Shown in pieces: positions 1 to 11,977 of a stretch of 64,000 bases of DNA (its first letter is position 1; the number at the start of each line of letters is the position of its first letter). Both the position numbers and the translations under genes were made by a program. Origin of the DNA: Phoronis australis (lineage: Eukaryota; Animalia; Phoronida). The DNA lies in the NCBI GenBank assembly GCA_002633005.1, contig NMRA01000178.1, positions 696,410 through 760,409 on the forward strand. The letters run 5' to 3'. The notes under the pieces were generated by a model. That model saw nothing but the letters and a program-made list of their open reading frames with translations, had not been told where the DNA came from and did not search any database.

Positions 1-1223
1 GGGTGTTGATTTCACCCAAAGCCGATTATGGGTCCCCACGTGCTCTATTACACCGATAGTACCTCATGTGATCTATAAAGCATCGTTTCGCTAAAGCGTC
101 CCCTGATCAAAACGTGCATGAGTGGCATGTAGTTCGAGTTGACGTCACTTAACTCGTACCAGCCTGACTCTTGCCAGGTTCGCAAGTTTAATTTTTTTAG
201 AAAACAAAGTTTTTGAGTTTGAAAAGGTTTACACATAATAATATTTTCGAGGATTTAATGATCCAGAATAGGTTTAACTAGGCAACTCTCATTCTGAGGT
301 GGTTTACCCACGATGCAACACGTGTACTATTCACTTTCATGAGTCTTCACCTCAAAATCACTATACTAGTCTCCATTTCGTAATATCCTAATTATTACGT
401 CAATTCATCTTTGGAGTGCAAAAAAATTTTCATTTCGAGTAGCACTGCTGACATATGAAATTGGCAAAAAGTGTTGTGAAATATCAGTGCTCAATCTGAT
501 GATCATCTGAGGAGATTCTGGCATTTTGAAAAGTAGCCCAGTTCAATCCAGTGGGGCAAATGGGTCTATTTATGGTATCTCATTCAATTTCCATGTGATG
601 TCACTTACAATTGAAGCTACGATTGGTGAGTTATAATAGATGAAATTTTCAGTGATGTGCTTATATTACTCAAGCTTCAAATTTCGTCGTCATTTGATCA
701 CTTGCAGACCTATTAAAATCATAGGGGACTTCTCACACTTTAGACGTTGATGCGACGTGAGACAGTGGTACTATTAATCACACGTCAAGAGAGGGTCAAA
801 AGTAGCCTGTTCCCAGAAAGTATCTCTAATTACTAAGCCAACTAAGATGCTCACTGACTGTCTGGCTCGACTTTGGAATCGTTGGACCAGCAACTCATTG
901 ATACTAAACAACAGCTTCAAAACTCCGACATTTCCATCCTGTGAAATTCCTAAAGAAGGCGTCACTCTCTTTCAATGCACAACTCGACTTCTGGTTCGTG
1001 AGCAAATGACGTACTTATCGGAAGTAAAACGTGCACCATACCTCGGCGCAGCTAGTGGGTTGTGACGTTGCGGCAGTATTTGTGGTCCATGTACCAGTTG
1101 TCTGTGCTGAAATTAAAGTAGCTTCTCGTTGACACAGCTGAGAATTATTGAATTTGTTACAAGAAATAATCAGTTTGGTTCTTTAATTTTGATTTAAGCT
1201 GGGCGTTCTTAATTTTACAACAG

Positions 1224-4200
1224 GTGGACGGACACAAAGTGACCCCTCCGTACACAGCCGAGTTTGACAAAGGGCGTTTTGTGAAAGTAGATCTTACCAG
1301 CTGCCGCACTGTGGTTGTTGAGACCGACTTTGGACTTAAGGTTCGAAACAAGGGAAGACGGCTTGATGTCACTATTCCAGCAGACTACAGAAATAAACTG
1401 TGTGGACTCTGCGGCAACTTCAACGGCAAAAAATTTGTAAGTTATAGATTATAATCATGCGTGCACCCAGGCTAAAATATACGCGGACTCGAAGTTTTCG
1501 GTATGCGGACTTTTACTGGCAAAAATCAACTTGGACTAAAAAAGGGGGGTATTACGTTCAGTCCAACAAATTGTGCATCTGCACAGAATTCTTGTGGACT
1601 TTGTGGACTTTTGTCTCGCATGACGGCCGCTCTGTCGTTCAGCAATTTTTCCAGACGCGGGGGTTCTGAACGTGCGATAACATCTGGCTCCTTTGTAAAC
1701 TGCCCAGCACAGTCTTTTGTAGAGTATGACATCAAGCAGGCCAATTATCTCCCAGGCTTCAGAGGGTTACTGAAACCTGGCAGAATGGATTGTCTTAAAG
1801 GAGCATGCCACTCAAAAAAACAACCTAATTTGTATCAATTTAGATCGAGTAGTTCTACTCCATAACGACACGTACGGTTGCGTTACCTGACACCTGACGG
1901 CAGACGGAGGTGTTGAAATTATCCAATGATGTCATCGGTTTCACATGCAGTGTGTTCAGCAGTTCTCAACACGGGTTACTGGTGCCAGCTTATCGCTTGA
2001 AGTCATCGTTTAACACCAATAAATCATCAAGCTTCGATGTAAAAACCTTAAAAATACACCGAGTTCATATAAAAACGTGTTGTTTTATTTCGCTCTTACG
2101 GATTTATTGGTATTTGGACACACCGTAGCCTACAAAGTTCGGCAGGCCAATGAAGTCCGTAGCAGGAGTTTGGGGTCTGTTCGGAGATAATTTCGAAATA
2201 TTTTCCGTGAGATACAGACACGACAACTTTGATCTGTGTTGTTTAGACTTGTGATTTTTTGAGTTCTAAACACAGAACGCTTGATATCCTGGCCAATGCC
2301 TCGGAGGCCGAACAGGCCCGTCGCGACCGGCCGGATTGACTCGTTATCCCGGTTAGTGGCTCGGAAACTGATCAGACATCACGAACCTAAACCATCCAAA
2401 GTTCAGTGGAAACTAAACTTCCAGTCAACATGAGAAAATACTATACTAGTGAGCCAAAGTAATGTGATTATGTTGGTGAATTATCATCTTTTTCAGTGAG
2501 GCGTGGAATACATTGCAAGTAGTTTATCCCGTTCAATCCGCCATCTTTTGATCACATCACGCGACCTAATGTATAAAAGTCCGAAAAGATTTCTGTCCCC
2601 GACCGGCACTCGAACCCAGTTTACATACACAATGGAGATCATGGGCAAGATGCCCGCTACTAAGTCCGATTAGATTTCTGTGGCTGACCAGTGGTCCCGG
2701 TGGCTTAGTGGCTAGAGCGTCTGCACGGTTAGCGAAAGGTCTTGGGTTCGAGTCCCGGTCGAGGGCAGAATTCTTTTCGGACTAATATACATTAGGTCAC
2801 GTGACATGATTAAAAAGATGGCGGATTGAACGGAATAAACTACTTGCAACTATGGTGATGACCTACTTACTTTCCCTGTATCTCTCACTCTCTTTTCACC
2901 ACACGGATGTGGTAATCTACACTTGTCGTACTGTACATATCCTGCCTCCCGTTCAGTAACGCTAGGACCTCGCTAAAAAGCAAGACTTCCCGAGATTACG
3001 TGAGATATTGCCGTGCATTTTAAATAAGAACAAGTGACTTTGACTAGGTTTTAGGTAGGTCCTAGCGTCTACTGAACGCACGCCTGGTGATGTCTTATGA
3101 ATAGACGAAACGTTGAGATAACATGAACTTGTGCGAAGATTGTCCGTTTTCTAATTAAACGAGCAAAAAATGATGATAGACTGATTTACCACGGAGACGT
3201 TCTAGATATTTTACAATGAGCTTGCTTTTTCGCCTTGGAACTGACATTTGTCAACTGAAATAGAATAAAAGAAGTCAAAGTGCGCAATAACACAATACTT
3301 GTGTCGGCATGCACCTTCCTAACTTCTCCGACCACAGGAGGGCTTGTTCTAAAACCCACTTCTTTCCTTTCACGTTCGGTAGTCTTTTTTCACCTTCTGC
3401 TACCTACTCTTGTCCATGCAAAGTATTGTCCATTAATGTCTCAGCTAACTGTTATTCGTGCTTAGTGTTGTTGTCCATGTCAACGATGTCCATGATAATT
3501 GTTGTTCGTGCCAGCTGTTGTTCATGCCTGTTGATTTCCAAGCTAACTGTCGTCCATACCAACTGTTGCTCATGCCAACTGATGTCCAAGTTAATTGATG
3601 TCCAAGCTAACTGGTGTCCAACCCAACTGGTGTATATGCTAACTCTTGCCCATGCTAACTATATTGTCCATGCCGACTGTTGTCCATGTCAATTGTTATC
3701 AACTGGTATCCAGGCATGCCAATTGTTATCAGTGCCAATTGCTATCCATGATAACTGGTGTCCATGCTAACGTCATTTTCTCATTTCATGTCACCATGTG
3801 TCACCTCTCCATACCTCTAGGTCATAACTTTGATATAGTCGTCATTATTTCCCTTTTTCTCCAAAAGGATGACGCAGTCCTCAAAAATGGCAAAGACGTT
3901 GGCAAAGATTTCAATCTCCGGAACAAACGTGAAAGGAATAAAGCGTATGCACTTGTAGGAAACAGTTGGCTGGTTACGTCATCTACTAAGCATCGAGATC
4001 CCGCGTGAGTTGTATGACATGTCGTATTCCACCATGATTGTAACGTATTGGTGGGTGTCCTTTGGATACTTAGATGGCTATAACTTCACTTTAGATGGGT
4101 GCGAAGATGACCAATAAGCTAATGGTTTAACCGTGATTGTCAATATAAGCAAACTGTGCCTTGTTTTGAACCTTAAGTAAGCCCACAACCCCAACTGGCT

Positions 4201-7200
4201 ATAGCCTGCAAAATATCTACTCAGTTTTTGACTGCTAAATTTGCAAACACGTTATGTTAATTTCAATGATTGTTCTAAATAATTCACAAAGTACAACATG
4301 ATCGAAGGCATGTGTGGATTATCACCTCAGCGGTAATTTACGCCGATTCCAGATGCACCCCGGCAAAACCTCCGACAGACTGTGCTGCCAAACACTTTAA
4401 GAAGGCTCAGAAATTGTGCTGGGTCTTGCAAGACAATACGAGAAAGGGTGAGTTATTTTGCCTATGATCCCGCACACCTGGCCAGCCTAATAGAGCCATC
4501 CCGAATTACACAGCGCTAAACTTAAATCTTGCTATATTTACCCACATTTTTGTCTAGTTGCATTACTCTATTCGACCTTCCAACGCCAAAGAAAGATTGC
4601 TGCTTTGCTGTGGGCCGACGTGAGAAAGTTTGATAAACTGGACAAACAACCATGAATGGCGTGATGGGAAATTCTTCGCCTTCCTGACATCACTGAGAGA
4701 CACGAAAATATGTCTGATTTCCAAAACCAGGTCACGCGCTCCTTGACAAAGGAGAATTCTACCGCCATGTACTTCGGTACGGCCCTATGGTAGTTAATGG
4801 ATCGCCAACTCTATATATTCTTAATGGACAAAAACCTGTGATCGCACCCGTAAGTTGCGGCCAACACTGTTTGCCGAGAAATCACTATTCAATAGCTGCA
4901 CGTGATGTGAATCACTGTTTTACATCCGGCAAGTAAATTGTCTGCCTACCGAAAAGTGTTACCTCTTCTGGGAATTCCATTCGAAAGTTTCGGGCCGTAA
5001 ATCTGTTGTCTATGATCTATGGTGCAATGAGCATCCTCTTATATACTGCACAATTTTACGCTAATCGTTTAAAGCCTGGCCATTTTGTTGGTTCCCTCCC
5101 ATTTAAAGACAGTTTTACAATCAAAGTGTTTAAACTTGTTCACGGTAAGTCAATGAACCAATACTTGAAATGTGGAACTTTGTACCACCTGAATTATTGG
5201 TCTAACTACATGTATGGCTCCTATCCACGCTTCTAACAGTATGCTCATCGGATTTGCTTTGACAGGTGTGTTTGTGAAATGTTTAAAACGGTATGATGGA
5301 GACGCTGCTTATGACGATTGTGTTTTCGACGTTTGTCGCGGTCGGGACCACTGTGAGAGCATCGCTTCGTTTGCTGAAGAATGTCGATTGATTGGTGCTC
5401 TTCGCCGACACTGGAGGAGATTAACCAAATGTCGTAAGTTGATTTTTAAAAGCAAAGAAATTAAAATGGGGGTAAAATTAAGTTTGATTTTAATCACGTA
5501 TCTCACCATGAGAAATGCAAGTAAACTGAAACATGATATGTTATGAAAATCGATTTTTCTACCACTGACTCATTTTCTTCATTTGTTAATCAACAGCCTA
5601 TACTAGTGGAAAACAACAGCTTTTGTAGTACTTGTTGTTCTAAAAAGTGAAATCCGACTAATCGCCTTCACTCTCCTTACAGATATAATTGCACAGATTA
5701 AACCTCTCTGAATTTTTCATGGATACTGCGTTATAGAATGTTGATTTGACTTTCAGGCACAGCCTTGAATAAATAAAATTGGTCATATTTAATAGCTCTT
5801 ATTTTTACTTATACTGTGCCCAACCATTCGCTTACTCGTATTTCATTTCAATTCAACAAGGAAAACGTTTTGCAAACCTTTTGATAAAAGTATCCAATTT
5901 GTCAGTGCCTGGAATTTTCTGTTAACGTAACAGAATTTATTCCTGAGGACTTCAGTGGCCGGTTGAAACAGTCTCAATATAGGGACTCAACTAAGGTCCC
6001 AAACTCTTTTTTGCGTATTTGTGTCTTTATGGACACACAAATGCAATACTTTTCTACTATTTCATCTTTATTATGAGCTCCTCTTTGATTAATGACATTT
6101 TCTTATGATATAGCTAAAAACTGAGCCCAGAGTTCATTGAAAATAAATAGGGACTCCGTCTCAGTTCTTAAATTGGGGGTGTTGCACGAAAAGATCCCTA
6201 ATTATTTTCTATAATATTGACAATTCAACGTTGAGTTCACTCTCGATTTGTATCAAAGTCGAAAGTAGTCTTAGTAATGAAACTAATACAAGAAAAGGCA
6301 ATCGATGTTTTCATACGTAGTAGATTTAGGAAACTTAGTCGAGTCCCTATTTGGGATTGTTTCATGCAACCAGACGCAGAATCCTCGTGAGGCAATTTGG
6401 GCTTATTCGGTCCGATTTTAATTTTGCTCTACATCAACGAGTTGCATTCCGTAGACCTTACTTCAAACCCTACATGCATGCACCCACACCGTGAGGCTCC
6501 TACTGCATTCAGAGTGAAAACTGCGGACCAGTTGGACTGGTCAAGTTGGTCCATGGGGCATCGCAGACGATTAGCTTTTACAGTCATTCCCTGGCGCTGA
6601 CAAATTCGGGTTGGAAACTCGAAGGTTCGGATTTGTAGCTGGACTCTACTTTATATATGAGCTATATAGAGTTTGATCTTATTGTCAATCCACGTAAACC
6701 GGTGTTCTTGCCCACGCTAGCGCTGAATTGTGGTAAAAACGCCGTCTACCGTACGAGAATGACAGCATGTCCAGCAACCTGCGCCGACCCGCACGCGCCA
6801 AAGCACTGTGGCAAACCCAAAGGAGAGGGTTGCGCCTGCAAAAGGGGTTACATCCTGGAAGCGGGCAACTGTGTGAAGCGCAAAAAATGTGGATGTGCGT
6901 CTAGTGATGGCAGTTACCATAAGGTAGGCCATAGGCGGATCCAGAGGTAATCAAGGGGGTCCGGATATCCCTTTTCCCTTGATTTTCGTGATATCAAACC
7001 TATAATTTTCAAATTTTTGACTAAGATCCTCTTTTTAAACAAATCCTTGATCCTGGACCCCCTTTAAAAAATCCTGACTTGGCGAAGTTGGTTCAACTCG
7101 TGTCGGTCCTTCATTCAACTCGAGTCCACTATTTCACAAATCGTTAATCCTGTTCAGACAGGCTTGTTTTTGTTGGAAAACATGAGAAGATCTGAAAGGT

Positions 7201-8058
7201 GAAGCGCCTTTTTGTTCCTTCCGTTTATTTTTGAACGCGGACTCAATGGGAGCACTGATCACACTTATGAGACTGGACTTGAGACTCGCCTTCTAATTAC
7301 ATGCTGTGATAGCTTCAGTTTCAACCTATTTGGATTTAAGGTGAAAAAATCTGGCGTTTTTAGTCAAAAATAATATTCCATTTAGGCGGTTATAAAATCG
7401 GTCTCATTTTTTCCATACTCGTGATTAATTCAGAGGACTGTCAGCTCAGTAAAGCTTCAGACTATACTCACGAACTTCCATGTCACAGCCGTTGTAACAG
7501 TGGCCGTCAGGGGAATTTCAGAACAAACAATAGGAAACAGTTGCCGATGAAGAAAAATATTTTTGACACCAGAACAAGATTTTTAAAGGCGACATTTTGA
7601 GCTAGAGACCATGCAATTGTACCAAACACCAAAATGTTTGTCCATGTTTGAACAAAGCGTTTCACTTATCTATTCTTGAACAAGTAGTTATGAAATAAAA
7701 AATAATAATAAATGTTGAAGTGAACTATTTACAGTTTCACGCTTTTCTGAACTTTTTAATCCCAAATCATTTATACTTAAGTCCTGTATTAGTAAGAAAT
7801 TTGTAGAAATCCATTTTAAAGTTGTATAGATCGAGATTGCAAAAGCCATCTTTTGGTGATGAATTTCAGTTTGCCTTAAGTGGCAACCTACTGCCTTGTC
7901 GTCGCTGTATGGCTCACTTTGTTTTCCAGCATGGTGAACGATGGCTTACTGCTGACTGCAAATTCCGCAAATTCTGCAGACGGGGAAAAATCTGCGAGAA
8001 GCCGTTCTGGTGCAAAAAGACGTGTGGTCTGCACGGGGGGACAGTTGTCTGCAAATAA
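1224..8058 (+). CDS. 3' portion of a multi-exon gene for a VWD-C8-TIL-TILa domain protein (zonadhesin/FCGBP/alpha-tectorin-like); 5' part lies upstream of the window
   Basis: Six phase-consistent GT-AG exons: 1224-1436 (VVVETDFGLKV...LCGLCGNFNG, VWD C-terminus), 3868-4004 (DD...GNSWLV), 4353-4447, 5266-5433 (C8: YDDCVFDVC...CESIASFAEEC...WRRLTKC), 6721-6923 (TIL: CPATCADP...EGCACKRGY...CVKRKKCGC), 7930-8058 (TILa: GERWLTADC, stop TAA). AATAAA at 8184-8189. Confidence 0.88.
1647..1759 (+). repeat. Dispersed repeat, copy 1 (about 113 bp)
   Basis: Aligns with the reverse complement of 10188-10301; visible in the ORF track as GGSERAITSGSFVNCPAQSF vs GGSERVITSSFFVNCPAHSF. Confidence 0.85.
2513..2849. 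mobile_element. Fold-back structure of a tRNA-derived SINE-like repeat: full-headed copy on + (2694-2849) plus an inverted 5'-truncated copy (2513-2618)
   Basis: Arms of about 106 bp at 2513-2618 and 2743-2849 are reverse-complementary. A box TGGCTTAGTGG at 2701-2711, B box GGTTCGAGTCC at 2745-2755; the acceptor stem is imperfect. Confidence 0.8.
2951..3077. mobile_element. MITE-like element, copy of the CCTCGCTAAAAAG family
   Basis: Terminal inverted repeats GTTCAGTAACGCTAGGACCT / AGGTCCTAGCGTCTACTGAAC; internal CCTCGCTAAAAAGCAAGACTT...GAGATTACG shared with 9068-9190 and 25009-25159. Confidence 0.75.
3410..3770. repeat. Degenerate intronic minisatellite (TGTCCATGCCAACTGTTG-like units)
   Basis: Repeated tgtccatg / ccaactg / gctaactg motifs at roughly 20-40 bp spacing. 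Confidence 0.75.
5961..6371. mobile_element. MITE-like element with about 45-bp imperfect TIRs
   Basis: Left end GGTTGAAACAGTCTCAATATAGGGACTCAACTAAG matches the reverse complement of the right end CTTAGTCGAGTCCCTATTTGGGATTGTTTCATGCAACC; further AATAGGGACT-like motifs inside. Confidence 0.7.
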
Positions 8059-8846
8059 AAGACCGATACTACAAGAAGGCTGCCTGCCATTAAGATCCGC
8101 TTTGATCATGACATTTTGTGATAACTGAAAATCTCGGAAACCGTTGATACTGAGATAACTCTATACACATGCTTGTATAAACAAATAAAACACGTGAATA
8201 GTTTAAACTATACTAATGTTTTACTGGAAAGTGATAATCCTGATAATATCGACGACACGCAAAGCTGTGTAACTATTGTAGGTTACGTTCATTATCCTAT
8301 CTTGCCCTAATCTCTCGATGATCAGCAGCGGATTTGATTAGGGATGGCCCGCTTGCTCGAATAACTCTGAATCAAAGACGCCGGTGCTGTAAATTTTATA
8401 CAAAATCCGTCTGTAGGGGTACTTTTGGCCAGTTACGCAAAGTGTATTTAAAAAGTCACGGGTGCAGTACCGGCATACTGGTAAGCATATGCACGTGGCC
8501 TGAAACAAACCTTAATCAACGCTGTAACTTTGCTGTCCTTGGTATAAAATGTAAAGTTACCAACCAACTCCCTCTGTCGTGAATTTTCACAATTAATATA
8601 GTCAAAGTTTGGACACACCTTAATTCGTGCTCATTGTCTAAAGGCAGATATAAACCCGGTTTTTACTCAGGTCTCAAACTTTTCTTAACCACGACAGATA
8701 CTTGTATTTCTACCCAGAAACAGATCACATGATATATTGGCAACTTGATAGAGTGACTTTCTAAAGCTGCTTTGGACTCATAACAACAAAATGTTTAGAA
8801 TCCGTTTTGTTTATTTACACCAACCTCTAACCTATTCACACTGGCA

Positions 8847-9020
8847 CGACATATCCGTCGGCTTAGTGCCATCTTCAGGTTTTACAAGAACGAGGATGGG
8901 AATCCAATACACTGACACGGTGGGCAATTGCGTAATATTTTCCGGGTAGACGAACGGAGGGGTTTGAACCTAGGATCTTTCGCTTGCCAGTTCAGTACTC
9001 TCACCAGTAGACCACTGACA
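8847..9020 (-). mobile_element. tRNA-headed SINE-like element followed by a degenerate Penelope-type hammerhead motif
   Basis: Minus strand: A box TGGTCTACTGG and B box GGTTCAAACCC; GCGAAAGATCCTAGGTTC resembles GCGAAAGGTCTTGGGTTC in the 2694 head. About 80 nt downstream lies CTGAAGA-T-GGC-ACTAA-GCC-GACGG-ATATGTCG (8878-8847). Confidence 0.55.
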
Positions 9021-9067
9021 GAGCCCGAACCATTAACTTCGAGGGTAAATTGCTATAGGCCTACTTA

Positions 9068-9190
9068 GGTAGAGTTCAGTGGCTGTCTCCCGGCTAATAA
9101 ATCTAGCCATCACGTGCTCTCCGATTTAAAATGCACCGCAATATCTCACGTAATCTCGCGAAGTCTATCTTTTAGCGAGGTCCTAGCGTA
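9068..9190. mobile_element. MITE-like element, CCTCGCTAAAAAG family, inverted relative to the 2951 copy
   Basis: Begins GGTAGAGTTCAG; contains GCAATATCTCACGTAATCTCG...TTTTAGCGAGGTCCTAGCGT, the reverse complement of about 2958-3015. Confidence 0.75.
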
Positions 9191-10187
9191 GCTCCTAAGT
9201 GTTATTGCTTGACTGAAAGACATTGTCGCTTTACTCCAGGTGCACAGCTTCATAGGTCTCTCTTTTAGTCCAGGTCACTGTCTAGTATCCGGATATTGTG
9301 TTTTTGACGACATATGCTCTGCCATGGGCGGCGCACCCCCCCCCCCACTTTTTTCAATGCTGCCGTAGTCCGTCCATGTCTGCTACACATAATACTAGAG
9401 AAGTATTGCCCTCTGTCCAGCATTTCGTGTCCACGACAATTAACACTGGTTTTCAAGTTGGTGTAAATAGACCCAACACATTTTAGACGCCAGAATGTTT
9501 GACGATGGAAGTTAGTGGTCATCCCTTTCATAACTTGCCGAGTTTTGTGTAAATTGCAAGTCACTTAATGATATTGATCTCGGTTGGAAACCTCTCTTCA
9601 TAACGGATTTCGTTAAATTTTACGACAATTTTCCCTTTAGAAACTTGTAGTCACTTTTATAGTAGGTTATATCCCAGCATGTAGGCTACATCTCTTGTAC
9701 ACATTCCCATTTTCGTATAGGACTTCGATTGTACGATTGTCCAACACGACACCAGGAATAATTGCAGACAGGTGTTGCGACACGATTTTTTCATTACGGC
9801 GTTTTGCCGTTGCTCCCAACTTGTTCGATTCTATAGCCCAACAACAAGTTGGGAAGTTTACCCTTGGAGCCAATATCTTACACGACTGATTAAGTCCATT
9901 CTGGCATTTATGGTCGCAGGGCCAGCTCTCTTTTGTTCGTTAATTGCTCTAATCTCCAATACGATCGTATCTACCCTGACTGGGCTGTACTGTTAAAAAT
10001 AAAAGTTAAGTTATAACTCATGTGAACATAAACCAATAGCATTTCTGAAATCTTCGTCAAATGGTGATCATGTTTAGTTTTTGAATCGCCAAAATCGCCC
10101 AACAGCAACCGAAGTTACGACAATCTATTCTTAACAAAAACACCAATTCACTCTGAGTTTGGCTATGTTCAGACGTGGGTCTGCAAT

Positions 10188-10301
10188 AAGCCTGGTAGAT
10201 AATTGGCCTGCTTGTTGTCGTAACAGACAAAAGAGTGTGCTGGGCAGTTAACAAAGAAGCTAGATGTTATCACTCGCTCAGAACCCCCTACGTCTGGAAA
10301 A
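10188..10301 (-). repeat. Dispersed repeat, copy 2
   Basis: Reverse complement of 1647-1759. Confidence 0.85.
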
Positions 10302-10834
10302 GTCACTGAAAGGGAAAACGCTGTCGTGTGTACACGAAGAGATACACGGCGATTCTGCATGCACGCAGTGGTCCAAGCACTCAGATTTTCCGCATTCGAT
10401 CTCGCATACGATTTTTGTATAGTGCTTTACACACTTCAATTTTTCAAAGACGACGCAGTGTGCGAGTGATAAGCTCTAAAATCGTGTCTTAACATGTGTT
10501 TGCCCTCTCCTAGTTGTCGCATGAAATATCAAGTCGTGTACGAACAATTGTAGTGTGTTGACAGAGTTCGCTATGCGTCTGCAATGGGCATGTTTTGTTC
10601 CATGGGCTGATTTCCGATGCTTTTCTTCGAAAAATAATATTTGCTGCGTTTGTGGACCCTTGCGGCTATCTTTTACTCACACGTTAGGTAGATTTCCCTG
10701 CTTGTAAAGCAACATAGAAAAATCTGTTTGCTTTTCAATTCCTGTTTTTTCCGAAAAGTTGAGGGAGGTGAGGGGAGCACCCCGTGGGGACATTTGGTGA
10801 GGGTTACTCTTTCCCCTGCTACCCTTCAAGCCAA

Positions 10835-11977
10835 TCAACTTTGATTCCAAACCGAATTTGAGCTTTTCTTCTTCGCTTTCTTATTGGATGATTTCCTATT
10901 GTACGATTGTGAGTTTGGGCCCTTATTCTTGCAAACTGTGCAAATAATGCATATCAGTAAAAGACCCAGAATACATCCAGCCTGGCACTTGGCCACATTT
11001 CTTAAATTCAGTATAAAATTACCCTCTTTGCTGTACGTGTGTACCCAATGGTGATTTGTGAACGCGTCTGGTGATACTGGATTGCTGAAATTAGTTTTCT
11101 TGAGAGATTCACACACGCGACGCATAGATTCTTGCTGGACCAGAAGTTGACTACATATGCGCTTAAAGCGTTGAATTTCTTCGTTATCGAACGTGGGTAG
11201 CAAGTACTTTGGCTCCATGACGTGAAGCTCGTCTTCCGGTAGGGCATTACGTGCTCTCACGTTGGTGTAAGCGTCCGCCATTTTTTCCAGCATTATAGGC
11301 CCAGTGGTTTCCAAAATGTGACCGGTAGACGACTTTTTTAATTCACTGGCTAAGTTACGGATGAGAAATTCGAAAAATGGATGATGGGGTCTGCACGCCA
11401 TTATGGCGTTGCATGCTAGTCTATACGTGTCGTAAATCAGTTCGGCATGCTCGACCGGTTCTTGACTGACAAAGCAAGAATTCTTCTGCAGCAAATCATC
11501 AATAGGTTTGAAACTCTCAACGTCCAAGTCAACGTAAAGCCCGCCAATCTCGCGCAAAATAAAATATCGAATGACGTCTGCTCTTTGAATATTGTGTGGG
11601 TAACTGTCATACAGTTGCAAATAACCTGAATATCTTGACTGTACTAGTCTTCGTGCGTCGTCGTCAGTCCAGAGCCAGTGTTCCCAAGATTCATGATTTC
11701 GACACCACGAAGACATCCACTCGTGAAATTGTTCTGGAATATGAGTTGTTTTCCAAGTCTGGTGAATTATGCGGGGTACCGTATGGGGCTTCAAGGCGCT
11801 GAACGTTCCATTGAAAACACTCAATGGTGGAGATTTTGGCGTGCACTTCTGGTATATCCGATAAGGCTTTATCAAGCTAGCGCTCTCGTCGGTAACATGA
11901 ATATTCAAAAAGGTAAACATTGTAGCACCAAAACATACAGCTACGAAAACATATGCAAACTTTTGCTTCGACTCCAT
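10835..11977 (-). CDS. GT32-family (DXD sugar-binding) glycosyltransferase, OCH1/SUR1-CSH1 mannosyltransferase-like, 380 aa
   Basis: Uninterrupted ORF with N-terminal signal anchor (FAYVFVAVCFGATMFTFL), motifs VPRIIHQTWK, WLWTDDD, IQRADVIRYFILREIGGLYVDLD (DXD), NAIMACRPHHPFF, TTGP, HHWVHTY, and a second hydrophobic segment near the C-terminus. Confidence 0.9.
   Translation of the reverse strand: MESKQKFAYVFVAVCFGATMFTFLNIHVTDESASLIKPYRIYQKCTPKSPPLSVFNGTFSALKPHTVPRIIHQTWKTTHIPEQFHEWMSSWCRNHESWEHWLWTDDDARRLVQSRYSGYLQLYDSYPHNIQRADVIRYFILREIGGLYVDLDVESFKPIDDLLQKNSCFVSQEPVEHAELIYDTYRLACNAIMACRPHHPFFEFLIRNLASELKKSSTGHILETTGPIMLEKMADAYTNVRARNALPEDELHVMEPKYLLPTFDNEEIQRFKRICSQLLVQQESMRRVCESLKKTNFSNPVSPDAFTNHHWVHTYSKEGNFILNLRNVAKCQAGCILGLLLICIICTVCKNKGPNSQSYNRKSSNKKAKKKSSNSVWNQS

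Noticed and set aside
1503-1865. Extra VWD exon (contains CGLCG)
   Set aside because: No compatible splice sites, overlaps a dispersed repeat, and exon 1224-1436 joins 3868 in phase.
2694-2766. Functional tRNA gene
   Set aside because: Acceptor and anticodon stems are imperfect and the sequence is embedded in a repeated fold-back; SINE head more likely.
3309-3770. 153-aa Cys-rich ORF
   Set aside because: Translation of a degenerate minisatellite.
9667-9996. Short overlapping ORFs or an alternative last exon of the glycosyltransferase
   Set aside because: No recognisable homology; an acceptor-like site exists near 9990 but nothing else supports it.
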